DNA of 64,000 nt from the NCBI RefSeq assembly GCF_001194135.2, contig NC_068986.1:91575360-91639359 (forward strand), written 5' to 3'. How positions within the stretch are numbered: position 1 is the stretch's first letter; the number at the start of each line of letters is the position of its first letter. Under the pieces are notes generated by a model that saw nothing but the letters and a program-made list of their open reading frames with translations, was not told the DNA's origin and ran no database searches. Shown one piece after another: positions 14,001 to 28,100 of this stretch. The stretch comes from Octopus bimaculoides (taxonomy: Eukaryota). Both the position numbers and the translations under genes were made by a program.

Positions 14001-17000
14001 TTTGCCTGGCATGCTATCAATTCTGCCAGCTTGCTGCCTTAATAATAATAATAATAATAATAAGAGTCACAACTGAAAGTTATTTAAACATACCACAGCT
14101 GTGGAACAGATTTACTTAATTTGAACAAAGAAATCTTTATCAAAGCACAAAGAAGAACAACATTTACACAAAGTAAGATTAAAAAAAAAAAAAAATTGAG
14201 TACTGACCTGGTTTTTGATACCACATCATCAGTTGGAGCTAAAATACTGGCTGGCTTTTGGTTGGTTTCACTAAATGCACTGTGTCCCATCAATAGGATC
14301 TGTGACAGCCCAATGGTCATAGAATCCCGAGCCCTGTGCAGGCGGATGGTAACCATGGTGACAACCTCAGGCCGAATCAGCTGGAGACGGATGAAGCCAA
14401 GACTGCAAGTCATCAATGGCGCACTCATCGGTGTCACAGTAATCCCATCATGGCTGACTTCCAGAGAAACATAGGATGGACAGGCTGAAAGTTAAAAAAA
14501 AAACATGAATACCACACAAATTTATATCATAGAATTGCTAGTGTGTTATACAAAATATTTTGTGATAATTTAGTTATATTCCTTTAAGTTCAAATCATGC
14601 CCAAGTGAAAACATTTTAAGGTTGATAAAAATTTTAAAAAGACACTGTCCCAGCAAAGTTGCAGTCCAATGACAGAAACTAGCAAAAGAATAGAGAAAAT
14701 GCTTTTGTGGTAGATATAAGATTACTACATCCCAACAATGACAAAAGAATTCGACAAGTCAGAAACTACTTACTGGATAATGAGGTATTGTGAGGTGAAA
14801 TCTGGACCTCTTTCAACAGAATGGCAAATGGCAATTGTATTGTTAAATCAACCCATGTCTCATCTGGATAGAAGTGATAGGACCAAGCTGCTGACCTGGC
14901 CCTCCGGTGTGGAGGTGATGCTTGAATAAGTACTTCAGCAGGTGTAGCTGTGGGGCTACTTGAAGATATGGAGCCTGTAAAAAGAAAACAAACAGCAATT
15001 TCAATATGACTTATTTCTGGCTTAAACAGAATAATTAAACCCTTTCAATTTTTGTTTATAACCTCTCATGTGGTTTCTACAGATAGCATAGGTGAAGAGG
15101 CATATATGAATTTGATGATTTCCACTGCTAACTGATGAAAAGAAAAATATACATTTTACTGTTTTATATCCATTTTCCCTCAATTGTGAGGTAAATCATC
15201 ATCATCATCATCATCGTTTAACGTCCGTTTTCCATGCTAGCATGGGTTGGACGATTTGACTGAGGACTGGTGAACCAGATGGCTACACCAGGTTCCAATC
15301 TGATTTGGCAGAGTTTCTACAGCTGGATGCCCTTTCTAACACCAACCACTCCGAGAGTGTAGTGGGTGCTTTTACGTGCCACCGGCACGAAGGCCAGTCA
15401 GGAGGTACTGGCAACGGCCACGCTCGAAATGGTGTATTTTACGTGCCACCTGCACAGGAGCCAGTCCAGCGGTACTGGCAAATATCTTTTGCAAACTTGA
15501 ATATTTCCACATTACTGAAAGACTTGCATGAGCACTGGACAAAATGTCTCGCCATAATTGTCTCTTACATTTTGCATTCAAATCCTATTGTAGTGAACTT
15601 TCAACCTTTACTTTTGGAGCTGATTAAATAAGTACCAGTCAAGGACTGGGAGTGATTAAATCAAGTGTTCCCACTCTACAACATACAGCCTTGGGCCTAC
15701 ACGAGAAATATTATTGGAGGGTGTAGCATTTTTATAGTTGGGTATTACAGAAATGAGTAATGTAAGTTTATAAAATGCTTTTATACACTGCAATTCACAT
15801 TATTTGCAACACCAAGTTATACATGGTATCTGTTTATAGTGAAATGATCTGAATTAGCTACAGGTCAGTGTCTTGACCATAGACTCAGTATGGTGACAAT
15901 ACCAAAATACGAACTACTAGTTATTTGCTTGTATCAGTTTGGTAAACTTTGAAACTGGCTCAAGTGAGCAGCAATCTTACATAGTCTTTATCTAAAAAAG
16001 TCTTAAGAAATTTGATTTTGTGTTCATGAAATACAAATTCAAAGTAGACAACCCAAAAGCTTAAAAGAATGATTAAGAAACAGGCAGGCTGTCAACAATA
16101 GCTAATTTCTTTGAGAGGTTTACTTACCAAGGGGAGCAAAATTCTGTAGAATATCATTACAGTCAGTGTTGGTGGAATTGACATTGAGCCGGTGGGCACT
16201 GGGTAGCCGGCTATTGTTACTATTGTTTAAGTTCTGCATCATTGTAGAGATAAGACCAGGGCTAGTGTTGACAATCTTCTGACTGCAACTTACCAGGTTG
16301 TTGCAAATCACATCGACAGCCCCTACAGAAATATAAATTAAAGAAAAATAGGAACAAATGAAATAAATAAATAGTGGTGACAATAACTGTGGAGCTTCAG
16401 ACAAGCAGAGTTAAGTGTCCTCTACAAAAAATACTACAAAAGGAGTTAAGTGTGTCTGTCTCTCTCTAGTACAATGCAGGAAGTGATTGTTAGTAAAATT
16501 AAATATCTTGTAAGAAAATACAGCATGATGTGAACTTGTAACCTAGAAGTCACGAATGCAATGCATTACTCTCCTAGACACTATTTCTCATTAAAGAAAT
16601 TAAAGGATTTTTTAAAGCATGAGATGAAATTTTTTGTTAAAAGGTCAACAGAATAACCAAGAGAATTCACTGTGTGAGTTCACAAATTTTATTGGTGCCA
16701 AATGAATAAATTGCAAAACTTGTTCTAGTAAGATTTCAATTCAAACAGATGAGGTACCAAACTAGATGTCAACCATTTTAGGCTCATGTGAGCTTTTGCA
16801 GTGTACTCATAGACATTGTACATATGTAAACATAATGTGATGATAGGGGTACTCTTATAAAAAGTAATTTTCAATTGCCTAAATATTATGTTATGCTGTT
16901 TTTCCTTCATGCTACTTTCCATACTATTAAGCAACTAAGAGAGTTTGCTTGTTCCAGGATAAATAACTAGTGTTTTATCAAAAACTACAATATTGCTGGT

Positions 17001-20000
17001 GAAGCTGCAGTGAACTGTACTATTGATGGTACCGATTTTATAGCTAAGATTAGGAAGTGCAGCTCTTTTGAGTTGACAGATTAACCAATAAGCAGCTATG
17101 GTCAATAGTTTGTATTGTCACAATTGTTGTGTATATGACCATTGATGTGTTTAAATGGTCCAGTTCATCTAGTGGGGTAACTACTCTCAGGTTGAAGTCC
17201 ATCAATCACCACCTTGATAACAGTGGTAGGGGAATCTATCAATTCATCAGAACCCTAATTACTAAGCAAGCTACAACTAAACCAGAATCATAATCACTCA
17301 GTAATTTGTTATCCTCATTAAAGGAAAGGAAGATTGAAAACAACAACAGAATAAAACTATTGTATATGCTACTATATAAATTCACCTTGAATCCCAAACA
17401 ACTTTCTTTCTAACATAATTCTATAATTTTAAGTGACCACAACTGTTTGGACTCCTCCTTAAAATAAAATACTATGTAATACAGGTTTGTAAAGATTCCA
17501 ATATAAATAGAATTGACCAAGTGAAACTAATGTGTAATTGTACTTGCCCATAAACAAAAACAATATGCAATGGTACTCACCCATTTGAAGGAACATTTTC
17601 ACAGCGCTGCTGTTATTCAGTACTTTCAGTATAAACCAGAGTAGTGGATCAGAAAGTCGACAGAGGCTGTGCCCCTGTACATACTGTCTGCCCCCACTGG
17701 ACAGGTACACAAACAAAGACTCCAGCACAAGTTTAATGTCCGAACACTTATTGGTCAAAGTAACTAATATTTGGTAAACGCCGTCTCCGACGGAAAGGGG
17801 TTCTCCTATTCCAAATGTATCGTACCAGCATGAGGAAGAGGCACCTATCCCGTTGCAAATGAGCGATGCCATAGGGCTGCTGCTGCAGTAGCTCAGAGTA
17901 TGTATCAGGCTGGACATGATCTGCTGGTGACCAACAATGATGTCGGCCAGGTAGGTAGTGTTGTCATTGGGGTCACCAGCTGGCTGCCCACCAAGTCCAC
18001 TGGAAGCAGACACGCCCTTCTCTTCAAAAGTCTCTTGCTCTTTCTCATCATCTGAACGAGACAGGTTGCGAAGTGGGGAAGAAGCAAACACATGACTAAG
18101 CTTAGCTGAGTCTGGCATAGGGGCAGCTGTGAAGGAGGTAGACAAATTAGGGGGGTGGTGTGTACTTGTACTTTCTGCTGTGTCTGTTTGGGGAGGGTTC
18201 CGGGAAAAGCGTGCTGGTAGTGGAATCTGGACAAGAATGTTGACAAGTTTCACAAGGCTGCACATAAATCTATCTCGGCTGGCATCGCCAGTATTTGAGC
18301 TTGTATCAACACCTCGAAAGAGGCTAGCAAATAAACCACCAAAGCAGAAGCGAGCATTGATTCCGTCATCTCCTGCCTTGCGGCATACCACTAGCTCCTG
18401 ACACAGGATGTGTTGGTGAACTAGAGAGCTGATAGCCTCTACTACACTGATTGCATTGCTGACATCAACTTGTTCATATTTTAGACAAAGGACAAAATCT
18501 AAAAAGCGACATTGTGCATCCAGAGGTCCAGAGCTGTTGTAAAAGGCTCCTCTGGAAAGAAAAGAAAAGAATAAGAGTTAATATCAAAACAGTATTTTTT
18601 TCTTTACAAGTAGATAAAATACTGATTTTCATGCACAAGAAATTGATCTTGTAGTTGCACAAGTGCAAGGTGTACAACAACCAAATTGTTGGACCCATTA
18701 CTAACATGACATGCACCCTGTAGTAGAAACTTGATATTGCATTGGACTACAGCTGCATCATCATCATCATCATCGTTTAATGTTCACTTTCCATGCTAGC
18801 ATGGGTTGGATGATTTGACTGAGGACTGGCGAACCAGATGGCTGCACCAGGCTCCAGTCTGATCTGGCAGAGTTTCTAGTTGGATGCCCTTCCTAACGCC
18901 AACCACTCCAAGTGTAGTGGGTGCTTTTATGTGCCACCGGCACGAAGGCCAGTCAGGTGGTACTGGCAACGGCCACGCTCAAAATGGTGTCTTTTACATG
19001 CCACCTGCACAGGAGTCAGTCCAGCGGCACTGGCCACGACCTCGCTTGAATGTTTTGTTCACATACCACCGGCACAAGTGCCATTAAGGTGACGCTGCTA
19101 ACGATCACGCTCAAATGGTGCTTTTTTCGTGCCACCGGCACAGAAGCCAGACAGCTGCTCTGGCAGTGATCCCACTCAGATGGTGCTGTTAGCACTCCAC
19201 TGGCACGGGTGCCAATTGCACTATTCATACCAGACAAAAGTTACTCACAGAGCAAAAGAGAATCTAACGAAAGTGTATTTACCTGTCTGCGGTCAAAACG
19301 TACACCAGTTTTAGAAGAAGTTCTTTGAGTGTCATTTGTTCAGGTGCTTTCACTTCCAGTCGCTGGAGAAATTCATAGAAAGCTTTAGCAGCTGAAGGTC
19401 CAACCTAGAAGACAATAAAAAACAATGACGATATACAGAGATACAGAACTATTGAGGACTTAAATTAAAGAAATGCAGAGAAAATTTCTTATAAATGGGA
19501 ATAAACTAGAGAGAGAGATAATGCATATATTATTTGTGCTTATTTGCAAACACACAATTCCATTTATCAAATACAATTTAATTATTATTTCATCATCATT
19601 AAAACAGTGAGAAGGAGCTTGTGAGATGAAAGTTTTCAACATGGTGTTATAACTTAAAGTTCATGCACCATGTTAAAATCATGTTTTTTCATATATCTTT
19701 GTGGTGTGTTCATTCAGTTCATGTCATGTTCAATGGCGTGTGTGTTCATTCACTTCATATCATGTTCAATGTATGTTTTTGATGACTATTGAGTTGTGCT
19801 CATAACAATGTGGCTATTATGAAAATGTATTAATTTTTTTTCCTATTTTCAGATGTCTAATTATGAAATCACAAATTTTGAGCTTAGCATATCGCTGTGT
19901 CTTTACTGGAGAAAAAATTTGGATGCAAAAGCAGCTGCCAAAGCAACTTGTGACGTTGAAGGTGAAGGTACAGTGGCACCACGCACTGCACAGAAATGGT

Positions 20001-23000
20001 TCAAGCATTTCAATAAAACGATTTGGATGTTGAAGACAGATCATGTTCTGGACGACCAATAGTTTGGGCCAAAGGAGACTTGCAAGCCTTTTTGGATGTT
20101 GAGCTGTCATCAAGCACTCACAAATTGGCTTAAGAACTTGGTGTTGATCAGAAGACAGTTTGGAATCATCTAAAGTAACTTGATTCAGTCCACAAAAAGC
20201 CACGACAAGATACACATGAGTTGACTGAAGCACAAGCAGCCAAACAAGTTATAATTTGCTGCCAATTGCTCAACAATAAGTTGGATGACAGGTTTTGGAA
20301 GCGAATTGTGACATCAGACAAGAAGTGGGTCTACTTGGTCAATCACAATCAAAACAAGCGTTGGGTCCCAAAAGGTCAAATTCCTTGATCTCTTCCAAAG
20401 CAAAATCAATTTGGAAAGAAGATCATGATTTCCATTTGGTAGAACTTCAAAGGAATCTTGCATTTTGAACTTGTGCTGAATGGGCGTGCCATCAATGCTG
20501 AACTTTACTGTGAGCAACTTGATTGAGTCTACGATGCACTAGTTGAAAAGTACCCAAAACTTGCTTGTCGAAAATGCACTTTGTTTCAACAAGACAATGC
20601 AAAGCCGCATATGGCCAGAAAAACCATCAACAAGACTGCAGCCTATAGTCCAGATGTTGCCCCATCTGACTACGGTCTCTTCCAATTAATGCTGTAATTT
20701 ATGAAAAGTCGCTGATTTGAGTCATTTGATGAAGTTGAAGAAGCTTGTCAAGAATTTTTCGATTCAAAGCTGAAGGATTGGTACTTTGACCAAATCCGAA
20801 AGCTTGCAGATCATTGGCAGAAGGTGGTGGAAAATGATGGTCTTTATTTTGAAGAATAGTTGTTGTTTATTTTTGAATAAATTCTTGCATAAAAAAATCA
20901 TTATTTTAACACAGTGCATGAACTTTTTCCATAACCTAGTAAAATTCTTAACAATATCAAAAGCAACCCCAACTGAGCTGCACCTAATATACAAAGTCAC
21001 AACTTTACAAATTCAATTAAATGCCCTATCCCTCAAACAAAGAAATCTAGTAATTGATATATAGACTCTTATTAGGTGGTTATCATATATACTAAGGTCC
21101 TTAAATTAAAATATCAATTATAACTGATTCAGCAAGAGGAAATTGGAAGACACAAGAGTGGAGAAAAGAGTTCCATATGAAGAACACCAAGAAATGTATA
21201 CAATATAAATATGTATCATTAATTTACAAAAATACATTATTTGAATGCAATAGAGGTTTGATAAAAAAAGATTATAGTTACCTGTTGGTATCGTAAAGTT
21301 AAGGCTGATGGACCTGTATTGGTGGAGCTGGACAGAAATCGTATTAAGACATTCATGAAATTAGGGTTTGAGAGAATGACAGAAGCCATGGGTTTCCCAA
21401 CAGTTAGATTGCCATGAGACACCCACTGGTTACAGAGCAATGTGAGGGTTTGGAATGCAAGTACCCAGGTGCGGACAGGAATGTTGGGCATGTAAGAGAG
21501 GGCTTCAAGAAGAGTGTTTACAAAAGAAGGGTTCAACATTATAAGAGGGGTTTTGCTAGAGTCAAATACTACTGGCTGTCCGCTGCTAACACCAGCATCT
21601 TCATGGTTGCTGTCTTCATTCAACATTAACCAAAGCTGAAGCAAAGTGTCTAAATGGACTTGTTGACTCAAAAGCTGAGAGGTCATGTGATCATAGCACA
21701 TGCAAAGCATTCCTGCAGAACTGGTTGTCTGAAACTAAAGAAAAGAAATAAAAAAATGGATAAGTAAGACTATAACAAATTTATATAATATTTTATTTAC
21801 GAAATTAAAATCCTATTAAAACTATAAATTTTACAGTTCATGCTGATATTGACTTGATAAGTTAAAAGCAATAATGATTATTTCTAAAACAGGCACAAAG
21901 CCACACATTTTGAAAAAGGAAGCCTTTAACTTGACCAGTATTCATTTAACCTGGAAGGATAAAGGACAAAGTTACACCAAGAAAGGTAAGGAGTAGTAAC
22001 GGCAGAACATTTAGTCTAATACACTAAAGTGCTGATGGGCAAGTCTTTTCAGTTCTGTTTTCTGCATTTGAAATAACGACCTTACCAAAGAGTTTCTACA
22101 CCTGCTAGAAACAGCAGCCAAACCTCCCTTAAATCATATCCAAGCATCTTAAAACAAGAGGGTCACATTGATATTACAGTCCTAGATATATTATCCAGTA
22201 ATTTTATTGACCATACATTTACAGGATGTAGCTGACCTAGTGCTAAACAACAATATTAACAGTAATTAAAGTAAAATGATCATACTTGTGTTGGGCTGGT
22301 ACACTGTATTATCTCACTCAGTTCGTCATCTGTGCTGGAAAATTGGAATGGTTGGAAAAAATGCCAGATTGGAGGGGCAAGTGGCAGACGTGCATTGAAT
22401 GCTCCCTGGACAGACACCATCTGATAAGAAAGCATCACCTGAAGAAGAAGAACAACAACAGTTACAATGAAAACTTTACATTATACATCTTTTGTTTGCC
22501 AAACTAAATAACCATTTACGTCATTTACTTGAGGATAAGTTACACTATTTTATACTTGATTTTAACTGGAAAAACTGGGATGCAAGTTATACATAGGGCA
22601 AAAACTATAACTATGAAAGGAAAAAATTTTGTACAAAGATTTAATACTAAATTAGGGGTGCAATTCATACACAAGTAAATACAGTACGTTTCTTCAAACA
22701 ACACTACCATAAAGACACCATTTTTAGTTTATTTGTAAGCACATTCTTTTTATAGTGTATCATCATTATTTTATGTCCACTTCTCCATGTTGGTATGGAT
22801 TTGACAGATGTGACACCATTTCCTCACTTACTGCCCCACTTCGCTTTGTATTCTGCTGCCAAAAAGAAATGCCAGGTTGGAGAGACTAGAGGTAGACAAA
22901 CATCAAGTTATGGAAATTCTGTTTTGTTTTGTTTTTTCTTTCTTAATTAGTGAGCCAGAGTTAATTTCCCGGTACAAAACTGCTGACTGCAGAACCAAAT

Positions 23001-25103
23001 GTATGCATTAATTCCATTTATAACATTGGTCTGGTAGCATCAATAACCTGCTAGAATTAACATCCAACCCTCCCACAAATCCATTGGCCGAGATACTCTA
23101 TACCTGAAAAGACTGAATGGTTACAGTTGCAATGCCTTTGATAATATGGTCTGCTGAGTCATGTCTAACCTGGATCTAAACAAGAGTCACTTGCGACCTA
23201 CAGAAAGAAGATGGAAGTGACAACTGCAGAATGAAACATTTCGACATTTCAGTAGAAATTTATACAAATGAATCCCCACAAAAAAAAAAACTAAAAAAAA
23301 GAGAGAGAGAATATGCACTTACTCGCAAGCCAAGCTCAGCTTGAAGCTGTAAGCCAAGTTCCAAGCGGAAATCCACAGCTGCTGATAGTCCTTGAGGCCC
23401 AAGGAGAGATTTTCCATAGTCAAATTTGGATTTACATTGTTTCATTTTCTGTTTCTTTTCATCCGGGTAGTAAACGCTGTCAATATAAGATTTAACATCT
23501 GATACCACAACTGAATCAACTTGTTAGTATCTAAGAGCAAGACCCTTCAGCCTCCTGAACCTTAAAAAATACTTAAGATAGGAAAATGGAACTGGCTGTC
23601 TTGTTCAGTATATAGTGTAACATTTGTATTAAATAATAATAATCTTGACATAGTCTCCTTTTTCTTTCTTCAAGTTCACAGATGCCATGTCCCCCAAAAG
23701 TGTAGGAATATTACAATCCAGTGCTTTTTTTCTTTAAGCAACCTCACTTGAAAACCTGAATATACATTAGGTGGTGCATGTAATTTGATGACTGTAACAC
23801 AATAAACCAATACCACTACACTTTTAGCAAAACTCTGATGAAACAAATAGAAAAATAGTAATGAAAACAAAATAAAACATTTTTAACATGCAGAAAAGTG
23901 GAAAATCTAAAAGAATAGACATATTAGAGAATATTCTGATATTCACATAGCCTGATGTACTTCATTGATCTATTGGGAACTATAAAACTGATAGCACTTT
24001 AAAGAGTGGAGTTTATGAAAACCTACCAATTAACACATGACATGTTTATAGTGAAATGTGAACATTTTCCAATAGACAAAAATCCAGCTTTATTTAGTTC
24101 CCGAACTGATTGTTTTAGAAGGTGAGAAAAATCAAGAACTTACGAAGCTAGTGCATCTGGAGTATTGTTGCCATCTGCTGACTGGACAGACTGGATAGAG
24201 CCCTCATCACAATCCAGTCCAGGGGGTGGCTTAGATTGAACTCCTACCATGAATTCCTGAAATTTAGCAGCAGCATCATCATCATATTCATTTTCTTCCA
24301 GTAAGAAATCCAAGTTAGTCTTTGATGTTGATTCTTTTGTTTGACCAAGTTCAGAGTCTACATTTTGAGATTGAACACCAAAATATCAATTTAATAGAGT
24401 CTTTTAAAAAAGAAAATTTTCATAAATAAAACATATAAAGCTAACAAATTCTAGTATTGGTTTAAAAGAAAACCGAAGCTAAATAGAATAAATGGAACCT
24501 GTGAGAAAGGATTCAAAGCTGAAAGAGAAGTGCTGAATTGAACTGATGATCCTAATTATGCACTTTTGACAGAATGACATAAACAGTGACAATAGCTACC
24601 TTACATTTACTAGATACACTAGTAAACTAGCAAATAGACTAAATTATACCAAGTGATAATGGAATAAAAAGATGAAAAATACAAACCAGTGGCATCAATG
24701 GCTTCAACTGCCATAGCATCTAATGAAGGTATAGGAAGGCTTCCAGACAAGGAATCCAATTTGTCATTTACAGCAGCTGATATGTCATCATCTGTGACTC
24801 CCTCCAACGGGCTACTAGCAGGATAGAGTCGTTCACCTGGGAAGACAGAAAACAACAGTAAATAAGTAAACAGGGATGCAAACATGGCTGTCTAAGAGTT
24901 TTACTTCACAACCCTATGGTTCCCAGTTTACTACCACAGTACAGTACCTTGAGCAAGTCACTTTTACTAAGGTTCTGAAGTGAATACAGCCTTGCAAGTG
25001 GAATTTGAAAGATGTAAATTGTGCAGAAAGCTGCTATATTTCAGCAACAAAAGATGTAAACAACAATGTCATGATCATTTTACATCTATTTTACTACACC
25101 GAC

Positions 25104-25134
<31 letters not shown>

Positions 25135-28100
25135 GGGTGTAAGAGAAGACAGTATGATAGGAGGAGAGAGGAAGATGAAAAGAGAATTAAAAAGGAAAAG
25201 AAAGAGGAGAGGGTGACAAAACCAATAAATTAGTGCTTGTGAATGAAGTATCTTGGGATATTTACACCTACATTCCCTTATTCTCACATCAAAAACCTGT
25301 AACCAATAACATTACTATGTACAAAATGCTACAAAAAAAAAAACTAACAAATAAAACAAACTAGATATTTACCATCCAAGATGTCTTGTAAAAGACAAGT
25401 AATTGCATGCCCAGCCCAAGGGCCTCCCCAAGCAACGGTGCCATGGTTGAAATCTTGGTTAGCTGCCAAAAGGATTAACTGCTGAAGTTGGTCTTGGGTC
25501 ATGGCCTCTGACAAACAAATGGCTGGTCTTGTTGCCAAGCAAATTCGTGCTAAAACCTGATTCGTGTTAGAAGAAAGGCAACATCAGTATTAAGATAAAA
25601 ATGACAAAATGGGGCATGAGCCATAAAGAAAGAAAAAATTCAATTCTCATTCTCTACTTTATTGACAGCTTTACNNNNNNNNNNGGGGGGCAGGGAGTTT
25701 TTGTATGTTTTGTAATTATTTTTTAATCTAAACAAGACAATCATTGATCTCAGAAAGGGAAGGCAGGCTTTCCAAACTATGGTTAATAGAAAATTATGAT
25801 GTCAATTTTTCATAAGCCTAAGTTTAAATCACTCACCCACAACATTTAATAATGGTATTTCATTGCCAGAAATGAGGGGGTTAGTTGTGTTATTAATACC
25901 CACCACTACCAATATCTTAATGACCTTATTTTTTCAACCTCAGAGCAATAAGAAGGGTAGAGTTGACTGCACTAAGGTTGGAATTTCAAGTACTGAGACC
26001 AAATTAAAGCAACCACTGAACTACCACATCACAGCATCTGGCTTAGTCCCATACTCCAGACTGCCATTTCTATTCAACTATCAATAACAGCATCTAGCTA
26101 AGTTCCACATTGCTACATTGTAGTTGATAGTATAAGCAACACTCAAAGTGGTAAAGTGGCAGAAACAGAAGAGTAGTTAACTTAGTACCATTCAGTATTT
26201 AGAGTGGGCCTACATTCAGAGTTTGAAATGCAGAGGCCGTAAAGTATCAGTCAACTATTACAGTTCATTCAACAATATATGAATATTTGTAAATTTGTAT
26301 CAATCTGAGGGATCATTAACAATTCTAATTTTGGCAAGAGGGAGCAAATTTGAGAAAAGAGGGAAGCCAATAACATTGATACCAGTGCTCAACTGGTACT
26401 TATTTTAATAACCCAAAAAGCTGAAAGGCAGAATTGGCATTGGTAGAATTTCAACTCAGAATGTCAAGAGCTGGAAGAACTGCTTCATTAACAACAACAA
26501 CTTACATAACAGTAAAAAAAGAATCATTATCATCATCATCGTTTAACGTCCGCTTTCCATGCTAGCATGGGTTGGACGATCTGACTGAGGACTGGTGAAA
26601 CCAGATAGCTACAGCAGGCTCCAATCTGATTTGGCAGAGTTTCTACAGCAGGATGCCCTTCCTAACGCCAACCACTCCGAGAGTGTAGTGGGTGCTTTTA
26701 CATGCCACAGGCACGAAGGCCAGTCAGGCGATACTGGCAATGGCCACACTCAAAATGGTGTATTTTACGTGCCACCTGCACAGGAGCCAGTCCAGCGGCA
26801 CTGACAACGATCTCGCTCAAATGTCTTTCCACGTGCCAGGAAGGCAACGCTGGTAATGATCATGCTCAAATGAAATTTTAAATCTTGGTGGCATTTGAAC
26901 TTGGACGAATGAACAACTAAAATAGAAAGAGTAAATCTTCCAGTTTTATGTCCCATTTATCATGAGAATCTGTTGTACAGATATAAAGGAATGTAATATG
27001 GAAGAGAGAGAAAACAATATAATCTTGAAGATATAAGTGAATCATTTACCTTGCTGGCTACAAGAAAGAGGTCAACACTGCATGTAGAATCCATACTGAG
27101 GATTAGAGTGACAAGACCTCGCACCACGGGAAGACACCTCTCACGAGGTAATATTAGACTGGAGTCAGCATCGACATCACTTGCATCTTTCACAATGCCA
27201 AGGCAGCTGTCATCTTTCACCATTTTCCGGAAATGTTCCCCATCAGTTTTGCGAATCTGTAAGATAGTGTTGAAATACTGAACCAGAGTGTGGTATTGTT
27301 AAATCAACAGTTGCAGTAAACTTTATTTGAACAAAGCATACAAGGTTGAGACTTTATACAAAACCGTTTTAAACTACATCAGCCATTTCATGAAACCAAA
27401 ATAATGCATGGGAAATCTTTGCTTCTATACATGTTGAAAAATTTTGACTTGATATTTAGCATAATTCTCTAAGCCATTTGCCAAATACTATCAGGATAGT
27501 ACAAATTTATTAAAATACTAATATCCTAGATTTAGCAAAACAATTATTTAAAGACTATTAAACTCTTTGAAATACAAAACCTCCAAAAGTACTTGTACTG
27601 ACACAGAATATTTTAGTGGTAGAAAATTTAAAATTGGTTACCAGTGAACACTTAGTTCTCTAGTAATTTAGTATAGGTAAATTTTGTGTTTAGAGTGTAT
27701 GAAGCTGATGGTACCAAAGAAATAGATTTCAAAATTATTCTTGCTTATTTGCATAGATAGAAACTATCAGCTATAACAGTTTTGCTGAAGTAGATGGAAG
27801 AATGTGCTTCTAACACACTCATAAAATACTTGGCTTTATTGCTTTCGATAGCAGGAAAAACTCAACTAACTCACACAGGAAGTCCCATTTGTGTTAGTTC
27901 CATCAAAGCAGCATGGAAAAATTAGCATAAAACTAATTATACACACACATACACCAACTGTGCATATCTCAGTTTTAGAACGGGCACACTTCATCCTTGC
28001 AAATTGTAAGAGGTGACAGGAAGGGCTTAAACACTGTCTTAGAAAACCCAACCAAGTCATATCAGTGTAGAAAACTATAGATAAATGACAATATTATATA

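Noticed and set aside
15305-15631. Recurring peptide LQLDALPNANHSESVVGAFTCHRHEGQSGG (also at 18880, 26595, 54716) suggesting a small gene family
   Set aside because: It is the antisense reading of the RTE 3' UTR repeat; frames and stops differ between copies
23104-23175. Possible phase 0-0 exon IQVRHDSADHIIKGIATVTIQSFQ
   Set aside because: Direct w28-to-w29 splicing already aligns with the recalled human sequence; optional inclusion cannot be excluded without RNA data
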